The translations under genes were made by a program, and so were the position numbers. A DNA stretch of 64,000 nt, taken from positions 8,554-72,553 of IMG/VR virus record IMGVR_UViG_3300033072_000728; one strand, written 5' to 3'. This document shows positions 34,440 through 45,000 of the stretch, one piece after another (the stretch's first letter is position 1; each line of letters starts with the position of its first letter). Source of the stretch: a virus (Duplodnaviria; Caudoviricetes). The notes below the pieces were generated by a model. It made no database searches, was not told the DNA's origin, and was given only the letters and a program-made list of their open reading frames with translations.

Positions 34440-35462
34440 TTACTCAACATCTTCGTCATCGTCCTCGCCGTACCGTGCTTTGATCTCAGCATTGATGCCA
34501 GCGTTCACGGTCTTGACCATTTCAAGAAAAGCCGAACCAATGTTGTTTGAATAGTCTTGTGAAGCATAGACCATAGGTGACAGCTTGGTGTTCAGATCAT
34601 CCAACCCACGATGGATATATCGATGATCTAATTGAAGTTTGTAAAGTTGAAATAACTCAGGCATTTTATTGAAATCACCAGAAACCATTGTTTGGAGAAT
34701 ATCAATCACTCCATTAGGTGAACGATACAAACTAGAAATAAAACTTCCTTCAGAATCTCCAATTCGATAACCATCCAGTGATTCAATTCTCCAAAACACA
34801 AATTCTAGCAATTCAGGTGGAACTTCTTTTGTTTCATCGCCGAGTTTAGAAAGTTTTGATTTAACAAAGTTCTCAAAATAATTATATTGGTGATAACTCA
34901 CACCATCCCATGCTTTTTGATCTGAAACCATTTCAATCAAAAACTCAGCAGATTTTTGATGCATGACTGCAAATTGGAATTGACGTGCATCATGTTTGTA
35001 ATTTCTGACAAACAATCGATGTTCCACTGTCACCATCCAAATTTCATCCCAAACACCAATGAGTTGTTCAAATGAGTATTCAGAATCAGGTGAATACAAA
35101 CTTGACATATTAAAAGCAACATCGTGATATTCATTTTTCCCTTGTTTAGTTTTGAATGAATCTTTGAGAAGTTTATTGAACAGAAACTTTAGAGATTGGA
35201 TATTTTCAGGTGAGTTATCAAGTTCAAACTTCCCATAATCGTAATATGTACCAGTGATTAGAGGGGCATAATAACCCCAGAAACAAGTTGGATAGCAAGT
35301 AGTATGAGCATGACCAAGAACTGAAGTTTCAAATGAATTATCAGGTTAAATCAATTGAATTTCGTCATACGTGGATTGCTGAATAATAGGGAGAATGATG
35401 CACTTGGCACCAGGAATAATGGTTTGTTGAGAAACGAAGCAAGTGGCATTGAATGAACCCAT
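34440..35462 (-). pseudogene. 341-codon gene interrupted by TAA at codon 39 (35346-48)
   Basis: MGSFNATCFVSQQTIIPGAKCIILPIIQQSTYDEIQLI*PDNSF... continues in frame into ORF 34440..35108. Confidence 0.8.
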
Positions 35463-35808
35463 GATATGTGTTAAGAAATTAAGTTGTTGGAAAGAAGTGG
35501 TGACTGTAATTGATTTGATGACGGATGTGTCTAGAAGTTGAGTGATTTGTGTGGATTAAAAAGAAAAGCCGATTCCCTATTTTTCAATGGGTGATCGGCT
35601 TTATTTGTTTTTGGGGATTTTACAGGCGAGATATGCCATTGATGATTGGTTTAGGTGTTTCTTAGTGAAAAATAAAATTCGCATAATTTCTCACTTGGCA
35701 ATTATTGACTTACATGAAAACCCAAACATTTTGTCTAACCAATTATTTTCATTAGTCACTCACTTATGCATTCATAACAACAGCAATCATTGAGATATAC
35801 AGAACTGA

Positions 35809-35871
35809 GTTGCTAACGCAACATCAGAAATGCTTCGCATTGAATTAATTCCGCTGCGCTTCATTAATTCA
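35809..35871. other. three adjacent hairpins in a non-coding region
   Basis: GTTGC-TAAC-GCAAC; ATGC-TTC-GCAT; TGAATTAAT-N13-ATTAATTCA. Confidence 0.7.
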
Positions 35872-36629
35872 AGTTTGCTCGCATTTGTTTCTTTCATAAT
35901 CTATTTTGTCTCCCTCATTCATTAAACACCAACATAACAAATTATAGAAAGATGTTGTTAGATGACTCACAATAACAACAATTATGATGCATTCATTTTA
36001 ATTATTTCTGACTTACGTCTAATCAATCAAAACAACATTCATCATGTACTCATTCAATCAATCACTACAAGAACATGCATCTATAACAATCAATGTTATG
36101 AATTAAAAACACATCATGGAAGGAAGATGGCGAGTAAATGTAGGAAAAATCCAAATAAAAAGCGATTAAGAAATCATGCTGAATCCCAAAACTATGAGAA
36201 ACAACACAACTTCTTAATCGCTTTTAGATAATTCCCCAAACACATTTACTCACTCATTTTCGCAGAGCTGTATAACATATTGTTTTAACCAATATGCATG
36301 GACTGGGTGGTTATTAGCCACAGGCGACCAGAACAAGATTTTCATAATTGTCATGGGTCAACAATTATGTGGTGGAGGATTGACTATGTCTCACCAACTT
36401 TGCATTTTTATTAATCCACTTAAATGCAAAGCAAAACAGTTATATCACGGTTTGGAATAATAGATTTTGCTGTTCTGGCTCTTAATCTATCCCGTGGCCG
36501 CCCTTTGTCGCAATTATCATGACGGCCCAACTTTACAAGGGGTAACGAACAATTTAGACGTTTTTGTAAACAAACCCCTTTTCATGGAACTTTCGTTCCA
36601 ACAACCAATTAAAATGATGGGAAACATTA

Positions 36630-36794
36630 CTTGCAATGGCAAGATGTTTTAATGGCACCGCTGTGGATTGGGTGTCCCATCAAGTCGTTAGATAGATCAG
36701 CTAACTTATCCTTTACCGTCACTACACCAATGAGAACGGATTTGTGGACGGCTTCCAGGTGCCGCATACCCAAATGATCTATAAGTTTATTTAG
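36630..36794 (-). ncRNA. candidate structured RNA (unclassified)
   Basis: GC-rich island with several complementary segments; CTAAATA about 20 nt upstream. Confidence 0.35.
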
Positions 36795-36933
36795 TGTGTT
36801 TGTTTTAAATGTTGCCTACAAGGCCATTTTTTGATGTTTTTTTGAAAACACCGCAGTCACAAACGACAAATGGGTCAGTCAAGCAATTAAGCTCAACCGA
36901 CCCATGTATTAAAACATAAAACTTAGTTGTTTG

Positions 36934-37224
36934 TCAAGTGTTATTTTGAATTATTTTTACATTAACACCTGAAAGTTTTGAAGAAAGTGTTGGAGTGAAC
37001 TTTGATGGTTCGTCTATCTGGTATGCCACTTTTTCAACTTTTGAATTTTGGAAATTTTGTTCTACCCATTCAATTAGTATCTGGGTTATTTGTTCTGAGT
37101 TTATGATTAGAGTATTTTCAATATCTTTTGAATTCAGTTTTTTCGTTGTTTCCACTGTGATGCACTTTCTTGTTTGATCGTGAACATATTTAAGTCTAAC
37201 AACGACAAAAGACCGTGAAATCAC
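36934..37224 (-). CDS. hypothetical protein
   Basis: 96 aa ORF; start overlaps a hairpin, so uncertain. Confidence 0.45.
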   Translation of the reverse strand: MISRSFVVVRLKYVHDQTRKCITVETTKKLNSKDIENTLIINSEQITQILIEWVEQNFQNSKVEKVAYQIDEPSKFTPTLSSKLSGVNVKIIQNNT

Positions 37225-37242
37225 GGTCTTTATTATAACCCG

Positions 37243-37566
37243 TTATTGGTTGGGTTCGTGTAGAAGATCAATGAATTGTTTGAACTTTGGCTTCAATACT
37301 TGAATCTCGATTGCAAGATTTGCCAATTCATCAAGACTCAAATAACACCACGTTGAAGTATCACGCATGTCAAAAAGAACACTGTATTCTGGATCGCTTT
37401 GTGCAACTTCAGCATCGATACAGAATGCACAGAATCCGTTATCAACTAGATTGCACAGAATGGGGAATTGATCTTGAATCGATTCTGGCAATTCTGTAGA
37501 TGACGTGATTCCATAAAAAGGATTCAATTCACATGCAGAAAACTTGGAGAAATATGGGAAAGTCAT
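37243..37566 (-). CDS. hypothetical protein
   Basis: 107 aa ORF. Confidence 0.7.
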   Translation of the reverse strand: MTFPYFSKFSACELNPFYGITSSTELPESIQDQFPILCNLVDNGFCAFCIDAEVAQSDPEYSVLFDMRDTSTWCYLSLDELANLAIEIQVLKPKFKQFIDLLHEPNQ

Positions 37567-37843
37567 GATGGTATATTGAGGTTAAGGGTTAATCGACAAT
37601 TTCAATGGTGATTTTAACTTGTTTACCGAGCAAAGATTTTAGAAAATCATGTTGTTTAGTTTCATCCCATGATTGAAGCCAAATAAAGAAACAAGGGTCA
37701 ACCTTATTTTCGTTTCCAAATTCAACAATTAATTCGCATTCTTCGTTTTCATCACCAAAAATATCAAGGGTTTCGATATTTTCAATCTTTTCAGTGTGTT
37801 CAAATACTGTGGTAGTCATGATGGTATATTGAGGTTAAGGGTT
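37561..37843. repeat. perfect 30-bp direct repeat (37561-37590, 37814-37843) flanking a 76-aa gene
   Basis: AGTCATGATGGTATATTGAGGTTAAGGGTT twice. Confidence 0.95.
37589..37819 (-). CDS. hypothetical protein
   Basis: 76 aa ORF between the direct repeats. Confidence 0.75.
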   Translation of the reverse strand: MTTTVFEHTEKIENIETLDIFGDENEECELIVEFGNENKVDPCFFIWLQSWDETKQHDFLKSLLGKQVKITIEIVD

Positions 37844-38104
37844 GGAGTATCCGTGCGCCGAATACAAACTTTGAAAAGCGGGAATGTTTGGATATTCTGT
37901 TGCCAGAAAATGAATGATACTATCAAAACTATTTGAACAACATTCCGCAGTTCCCATTTCAGAAACAACGATCTGATTTTCAAAGTTTTCAAAATCAAAC
38001 AATCGTCCAGCACTTTTGACTGAGTAATGAGCTGTTGAATACTCGGTTAAGATAGGAACGTGCTGTTCGAGTTCAGTGACAAGTTGTTGAAATTCGTCCT
38101 TCAT
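37835..38104 (-). CDS. hypothetical protein
   Basis: Likely start MKDEF at 38104. Confidence 0.65.
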   Translation of the reverse strand: MKDEFQQLVTELEQHVPILTEYSTAHYSVKSAGRLFDFENFENQIVVSEMGTAECCSNSFDSIIHFLATEYPNIPAFQSLYSAHGYSNP

Positions 38105-38316
38105 TTTACTTCCTCGCAGTTGCAAAATTCCAAAGATTTGATGTGTTCGCCATATTCAGAAAGATATTGAATGGCAAGATCAAAGAATTCAGTTTGAGAA
38201 AGGTGTTGAACAGATTTACTTGGATAGTAATATCCCAGAATATCTTCCGCCACCCAGGTTGAAGATTTGTAGTCTCCAACCATCGTGATGTTTCCAATTT
38301 TCATCTTTTTAATCAT
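38101..38316 (-). CDS. hypothetical protein
   Basis: 71 aa ORF. Confidence 0.65.
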   Translation of the reverse strand: MIKKMKIGNITMVGDYKSSTWVAEDILGYYYPSKSVQHLSQTEFFDLAIQYLSEYGEHIKSLEFCNCEEVK

Positions 38317-38588
38317 CAGATGCCATCCTTTGAGTTTGAACGAAAGTCTACCATACGTCCACCAGCATAGAATGCAATTGCAATGAAAGCGTTATTGACT
38401 GAGATAACATCTTCGTATTCCTTTGCCACAAATTTCTTTGCAGCTTCAAGAACACTTTTGATGTTGTACACAACAATTAAGTACCCATGCTTCAACGATG
38501 TTTCAGTTTGTAAGTAAACTCATTCATTTTCTTCTAACGATGTTTGAATTCCATGAATTTCAACACTTTGGATTTTACTGGAAGACAT
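38316..38588 (-). pseudogene. 91-codon gene with in-frame TGA (38520-22)
   Basis: MSSSKIQS...LEENE*VYLQTE...SKDGI*; TGATG overlap at the end. Confidence 0.75.
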
Positions 38589-38597
38589 ACTAGATTC

Positions 38598-38843
38598 TCA
38601 CAAACCAGATTCTGGAATATAGGCAATTTGCGACAAGGTTGCACTATCGCAGTTTAGTACCTCATCACGATAGCCCATCAGGTGATCACATGCAAGTTTG
38701 AGAAGTGAAGCCTCGTCAGTCACAAATCGAATTTTGAACCAATGTACGAACTTTAGGTCTTCCATCAAAACCTCTTTGGTTTCAATGCCATCATCACATA
38801 CGACGTTTGCAATGACGATTTTTTCAATGTTGTCAAGATTCAT
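38598..38843 (-). CDS. hypothetical protein
   Basis: 81 aa ORF. Confidence 0.65.
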   Translation of the reverse strand: MNLDNIEKIVIANVVCDDGIETKEVLMEDLKFVHWFKIRFVTDEASLLKLACDHLMGYRDEVLNCDSATLSQIAYIPESGL

Positions 38844-38880
38844 AATTTGCTTTCAAAGTAAGGTTGTTTTGATGTGTCCA

Positions 38881-38910
38881 ACTATAGATCATGTATTTAA
38901 TGAATGTCAA
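38881..38910 (-). promoter_or_regulatory. sigma70-like promoter
   Basis: TTGACA-18 bp-TATAGT on the minus strand. Confidence 0.65.
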
Positions 38911-38939
38911 GAAATAGTTGATCAATCTTTGTGGGTATT

Positions 38940-39983
38940 TTAGCTGCCCACCATCGAAGTCGTGACTGTAATGAGTCCCCAAGTATCGGCATATCGTGAC
39001 GTGCTGGGTTCAAGAATGTTAACGGTGCATCTTGACCCAGCACTTGCAATAATTCTAGATTTCCCTGCATCGGGTGTTTCGTAAAATGTTACTTTGATAA
39101 CAAGTTGAGAACCATTATCACCATTCAGGGTTTGAATTCCGTTGGTATTCATTTGAATTTTGATACCACTAGAATTGTAACCTAATAGTCTCTGGGATTG
39201 TGGCAAGTTTAATCCCAATATCGCAAAAACCACTTCTTCACTTGACGACAATGAATACCATCCTTTGTTTGTCAAATAAACAGAAGGTGTAGGCAATCCA
39301 GAACCAATTCTAGTGATTCCAGTATATTCTACGTTTTTGATCGAAACTGAATCATTTGACACTGGTGAACTTAAAAACACAGAACCACATGCAGTTGCAA
39401 GGTAGTTGAATAATTGGTTAATCTTTGCAACATCACCTGTTCCACCTGTTGGATGGAACGGAGTCACTTTGATTTGTCCACCACGATTAAAAAAGTATCT
39501 TGCTTTATCTGCGCTTTCAAAATCAATGGTGTAAGTAAATTCGACCTGTCGTTTCCAAGGACTTGTGTAGGTTATTTGGTATTGTGATGTTTGTCCTTGT
39601 GCAATCGCATTCAAACTGTTTTCCATCAATGAATCTAAGTTGGTTTGAATGTTTGGAAGTGCTTTGACTTTTATTCCAGTGGCAGGAACGGGATAAGACA
39701 CGTTGTTAATTGTTCCCGTCATGGGCAATACAGTTGTGCCTTGATGTAAACCTACCGTTGTAATTTCAGACAATATAGTATTCCAATCACTTGCCGTCAC
39801 TGAATCACCATATTCTTTGGGAGTTAGCGTCAATACTTTACCATATCCATATTTTCCATAACCTTCACTGATTAGTGAACCTAGATTGGATACCAAATGA
39901 TCATAATAACTGCCATCTTCGGTGCCTGTTAGAAAGGTGTTGAAGTCTTTTGCTTCAATCAATGATCCTGTTTGATATGTCAT
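38940..39983 (-). CDS. virion structural protein (tail/baseplate-associated)
   Basis: 347 aa; S/T/G-rich; located in the structural operon. Confidence 0.65.
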   Translation of the reverse strand: MTYQTGSLIEAKDFNTFLTGTEDGSYYDHLVSNLGSLISEGYGKYGYGKVLTLTPKEYGDSVTASDWNTILSEITTVGLHQGTTVLPMTGTINNVSYPVPATGIKVKALPNIQTNLDSLMENSLNAIAQGQTSQYQITYTSPWKRQVEFTYTIDFESADKARYFFNRGGQIKVTPFHPTGGTGDVAKINQLFNYLATACGSVFLSSPVSNDSVSIKNVEYTGITRIGSGLPTPSVYLTNKGWYSLSSSEEVVFAILGLNLPQSQRLLGYNSSGIKIQMNTNGIQTLNGDNGSQLVIKVTFYETPDAGKSRIIASAGSRCTVNILEPSTSRYADTWGLITVTTSMVGS

Positions 39984-41200
39984 ACTCTAATCATCACTGA
40001 AGCAAGGAGTGTAGTATTTGCACCAGATTCTAGTGCTCGACCAATGGACGGTTTTTTGTCATCAATTTGAGGGATTGCTATTCTTGCACAACCATTTTTG
40101 CCAGAAACTAATCTTGCAAACTTGGTAACATTTCCAGAAACTTTAATTGGAGTTCGACCTGCAATGACAATTGGAATCATGACTGATTGCTCACTTGATG
40201 CTTTTGAAACAGCATTCATGACGAATCCTGGCTTGTCAGAAACAACCCCAAATACCTCATCACATTCTGTTTCTAGTTTGGTGACTTCAAACTGTCCGCC
40301 GAGTTTCACCAATGTTCCTGGCTGATATTCATAATCAGATTCATAGCATTCTGCAATATCGGCATATGTGCTGTCAATTTTAGCACCAGTTGCCAACGTC
40401 CATACACCCCGAATAGTGCCACCAGCACCAGTATTTCCGAGATAATTGGTTAGAATTTGGTTTGTAGTTAATGTATTAACTCGGGTGCTATTGTTCCCAC
40501 CAATGTTGCCTGTGTAGGTTGGCAAATATGCTGCGACTTGTGTGTTACCGTATGCACTTGAACTTGAGGGGACTGGTGTACCATCAGAATAATAAAATGC
40601 ATCTGCAACCACTTGTCCAGTGACTGTGATGGTATTAGCACCAGTGACGCCATTAAATGCCCATTGTCCAGTGATTGTGCCATCGGTAGATGATGAGCCA
40701 GTAGTAATTGCAGTGGTTTTAAGAGAGCCGACATTGGCTTGCCCCGTGACTGTACAAGTATTTGAAATTGCAACTGTGGTTAAATTAGCAGTTCCGTTTG
40801 ACTCAATGATGCTGAATTGAAGTTTATTCCCACTTGAACTAGAAATGATGTTTCCAGAAGCAGTATGAGTCCCAACAACTGTGATATTTCCCAAAGTCAC
40901 ATCGCCACTTGAAGTAACAGTGCTTAAAGTCATCCAAGCATTTTGGGGAGCCTTATCATACGGACAAACATTTAATGTTGACGTATTGGTGTTGTACCAC
41001 AGTTGTCCTTTGAGTGCGTTACTCGGTGGAGTATCATCTGCAAAATTTTCAATGATTCTGACAAATGCAGTTCCTTGAACTTGACCATACCCAGGATAAT
41101 TTCGCCCAGGTAAACCAACCGAACAACTGGTGGTGTTAATAGTACCATCTTGAATGGTAGTTAATGTAGTGCCATTTGCACGAATAATAATGTATGCCAT
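39980..41200 (-). CDS. tail-fibre/baseplate-associated protein with a possible C-terminal chaperone domain
   Basis: 406 aa; GQLWYNT motif, beta-helix-like middle, ADIAECY...GVVS...GRTPIKV tail. Confidence 0.65.
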   Translation of the reverse strand: MAYIIIRANGTTLTTIQDGTINTTSCSVGLPGRNYPGYGQVQGTAFVRIIENFADDTPPSNALKGQLWYNTNTSTLNVCPYDKAPQNAWMTLSTVTSSGDVTLGNITVVGTHTASGNIISSSSGNKLQFSIIESNGTANLTTVAISNTCTVTGQANVGSLKTTAITTGSSSTDGTITGQWAFNGVTGANTITVTGQVVADAFYYSDGTPVPSSSSAYGNTQVAAYLPTYTGNIGGNNSTRVNTLTTNQILTNYLGNTGAGGTIRGVWTLATGAKIDSTYADIAECYESDYEYQPGTLVKLGGQFEVTKLETECDEVFGVVSDKPGFVMNAVSKASSEQSVMIPIVIAGRTPIKVSGNVTKFARLVSGKNGCARIAIPQIDDKKPSIGRALESGANTTLLASVMIRV

Positions 41201-41202
41201 TT

Positions 41203-41844
41203 TTAGATTGTTACCATATTAGTGAGTGATTGAATGCGAATAACATATTCAACCATAATTTGACGATTCAGTGATTTTTGTACAGGATGAAAAATCACAT
41301 GGGTTAGAAGTTTGGTTTGTTCATTGCCTGCACCATCAACTCCCCAATTTGCAAGAATACCAATCTCATCAAAGACGAATGAACTTTCATTTTGGGTTGC
41401 ATTATCAAACGCCATTTGTCCTGCGGGTTCACCATAATCCAATAGACATTCGATTAAAATGTCGGTATACACTTTCCCACTCAGGTGAGATATTGACATT
41501 TTGTTTCTGGTTGGATCATTGTTCAGAACACTTGTATCATCGATGATTTTAGAATAGGTTTGATTGTATAAGGCAGCATTTTGTCCAGTTGCATTTGGTG
41601 GCAAGTATGAAATAACACCAGTTACATCAACCGAGCTAGCACCATTTCCAAAAGCCATTCTAAGAATTGATCCATTTGATCTTGATGCCAATACGTTTGC
41701 AATGGCAATTGACATATTCTCATAATTGATTGCATTCTTTTTACTGATCAAAACTTCATGGGTGTTGACATCTTTAATTGTCAAAAACCCTTCAATGCCA
41801 ACACTTTGCGCAGCAAGTGGTTTTAATTTTGGTTTGAATTTCAT
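41203..41844 (-). CDS. virion structural protein
   Basis: 213 aa; KKNAINYENMS, FDEIGI, LLTHVIFHPVQKS. Confidence 0.65.
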   Translation of the reverse strand: MKFKPKLKPLAAQSVGIEGFLTIKDVNTHEVLISKKNAINYENMSIAIANVLASRSNGSILRMAFGNGASSVDVTGVISYLPPNATGQNAALYNQTYSKIIDDTSVLNNDPTRNKMSISHLSGKVYTDILIECLLDYGEPAGQMAFDNATQNESSFVFDEIGILANWGVDGAGNEQTKLLTHVIFHPVQKSLNRQIMVEYVIRIQSLTNMVTI

Positions 41845-41994
41845 GTCATTCAGTCTCCGCGCACTTGTCTTACTAACTTATCATCAAGTTTTATTTTGAC
41901 AGAAGTGCTATAGGTTACACCCGAAACTTCTTTGAATGTCTCTGAAGTCTTAGGTGGAGTTTGTTGTTTTTTAATTGTTTTCATAATTTTGCTG

Positions 41995-42001
41995 TATTTA
42001 G
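41995..42001 (-). promoter_or_regulatory. late-promoter-like CTAAATA
   Basis: Directly downstream of a terminator, upstream of structural genes. Confidence 0.55.
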
Positions 42002-42018
42002 GTTTGATACTAGCAAAA

Positions 42019-42056
42019 AATAAGGGGCATAGTATTAAGTTACTATGCCCCTTATT
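42019..42056. terminator. intrinsic terminator after the giant gene
   Basis: AATAAGGGGCATAGTA / TACTATGCCCCTTATT. Confidence 0.9.
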
Positions 42057-42065
42057 GTTTTTGTG

Positions 42066-45000
42066 TTATTTGTTAGTTAGAAACATTGCTGGATAAGTTT
42101 CTAACAGTTGTAATGGATCAGACATTTTGAATCCGTAGTTGTCTACATTATCAAGAATCGCCGTATTCCAAGTAACTGAATTGTATGATGGATCAAGTTT
42201 ATTAGAATCAAGAATTCCGTAGATAAGTGATCTTGCTGCAATCGCTTCACGAATTGGAGTGCAATTTGTTCCACGGGTTAGTCCAGAAATTGTATTGGTT
42301 GTAAAATTGATATTAGAGAATCTAATCATTTCACCATTAACCAACACATAATTTCCTTCATAGGCATATACCACCAAACTATCACCAGAAGAAACTTCAC
42401 TTGATGCAATCATAATAGTTGGCATCAATTGAATAAGTTTCAATGATAGTGCATCATCTGAAATCCATTTTCCAGTTGACCTATTGAATACCTGAACACC
42501 GACAATTTGAGTTCGATTCACTTCAGGTAACTCGATATTTCCAGAATATGTTTTTTCAAACACAGAAGGCTTGACTAATCGAGTAACATCAAATACCTGA
42601 ATCTCATTTGCATCAATATCTACGTCAGAATAAACCCATGTTTGTGTTGACGATGGAACACGATATGTTACTTCGTTTGCCATCGCATCAACCACCGTTC
42701 GGAATTTAACTGAATCTGGGCATTCTCTGGCACTTGCTTTAGTGATAATGACATGATCACCAGTAACAATCTCGGTCAAAATACCAATACGGTTTCCAGA
42801 ATAGACTTTGATGTTGGGTTCAAACAAACGATAACCATTCAGAGTTACCCACAATCTTGACGGATTGATTACAGTTTCGTTCTCAAATGAGAACAAATTA
42901 TTCAACCACATAAAACCACCCGATGCACCTGTTACTATTCCGTTAGAATCCACTGAAACATGACCAACATCAGAATTCGTTAGAATAGTGATAGTGTCAA
43001 GTGATGAATCGCCCAAACTGGTTGTAATTGAACTGATTTTGTATTCATTGCCGTTTAATCCGATACCATTGCTTCCAAAACCATCAATTAAAACAATGTC
43101 ATTGACCGAGAATGTATGAGCAGTCTTTTCAACTTCAAGCGATACCCCTGAATCAGTGGCAATCACTCTTAAAATTGGAACAACTCTTGCACTCATGGTT
43201 TCTAAAGTTGTTAGTTGTTGGTTTTTGATGTTATCGAAAGTAGTTAGAGTAACCATGTCCCCATTTGAACATCCTGAACTCAATACTAAACTTCCACTTG
43301 AAATAGTGTACTCAGTTGAATAAAGTCTTAGTCCATTCTTACAAACAATCGCATTATCTGCATGGTCAGAAGAAATAGAATAACCAAACTCAAAAGTAGT
43401 TTGTCCAGAAGTTGCCACAAATTCATGGGGCTCTGCAAGACTGTATAATCTCAGGTAAACCTTGTACTGTGTTCCAAATGCGTTCACCGTTAGCGAAGTG
43501 CGATTAGTGAGTGTGAAATCCGAGGTTTCAACACCATCCACTTTAACTACCAGCGAATCATATGATGCATGTTGTGCAACTGAATTTGGAAGTGTAATGA
43601 TATTAGAACTAGAAGTTACTATTTCAGGAACTCCAAAATCCTTCAACTTGATTCTGACGTTTTGATTTTCCACCACTGAAGTATCGGTAATAGTTACAAC
43701 GCCATTTAACACTGTCCATTCAGTTGTTTCCACCCATTGCTCAGTGTCTAGGTTTTGTAAGAATACTTGACCCCACGTAGACGTGAAAAACTGCTTCAAG
43801 CCGTGCGTCAATGTGAATGATTGTGGTGCCACGTTAGTTGTCACAAATTCTGCAACATCTGCCGAAGGCTTGCCCATAATGGCAAATGCAACATAGTCAA
43901 CATTCGGATCACCTGCTACTGAAAACACTAACTTACAGTAACCGTCATCAGTGAATACCAATTCATAATCAGTTCCTTGAACTTGTTCAACCCCATTTCT
44001 GAAAACAGGATGAATACAATCAATAACTCTTGATGCCTGAATGGGCACGCGAATTTCGTTTCCAATAGAAACTGGTAACATCAATGTGTTTGCTTTGAAT
44101 ATCTGATTTCCACCACCTGATTCAAATACTTCAACAATTGGGATGGTTGTCATGCCATCAAACACCCCAGTAGTAAACGTGATAGTTTGGTTTCTCCAAT
44201 CAATCGTGTATTTTGAAGTGTCTAATAAAGTTGCAAAATTAGTTTCAGTATTTTCTGAATAAACTTGCAACAACATCGGACATGTTACTTGATTTGCAAA
44301 AGAAACCTTGTTCTCAAAGATACTAGGTCTAAAACTTACTTTCTTAAACCCATTTGCTTTATAAACAGAATGATAACCACCAAAATCACCACTAGGTGTT
44401 GAATCAACTGTGATTGAAATAGATTCTTTGACAATACCCGAAACCATTTCTTCAGGGCTATAACCTGCCTCAAATGATTCACCAACCAACGAATATGCTG
44501 ATTTGTTATTGATAATCTTAGTTTCATTATTCCAAGTAACGCCATCAGCACTGATTAGAATGGTTTTATCATCGCCAATTGCAACCCATGTAGTAATTGA
44601 ATCAAAGTATTTCACTTTTGTTAGGTTTGACGTGGTTAACGAAGTAATTTGTGTCCAAGTATTCAAATCACTTGAAACAAACATTGTTCCTTCTGAACCA
44701 ACAACCACACAACTTGTTCCACTTGAAGCAATACTAACCAAATCAGTATTAGGAATGATTTGAACCTTCTCCCAAATTTGAGGATGGGTTGAAGTCCAAA
44801 TATATCCATTAGAACTACAAGCGACTATTTTGTTAGCAAATACTGTGAAGTCAAAAATGGTTTCTTGTCCGAGCAATGATGAATCAAGTTGTTGCCAGAT
44901 TGTCAAGTTCGATTCTGGATCAATTGTTCCAACAATGACAACAGCTTGGTCACTAGGGAATGAAGTTTCATCTGCTTGTGATAGCAGTTTTGCTGTACCT

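Noticed and set aside
35587-36652. Plus-strand ORFs 35587..35793, 35962..36231 and 36467..36652
   Set aside because: Low-complexity translations without an RBS; treated as non-coding, though not excluded.
8639-38588. Alternative genetic code (stop-codon reassignment)
   Set aside because: Premature stops are of all three types, all three also end genuine genes at overlaps, and the longest ORFs are intact under the standard code.
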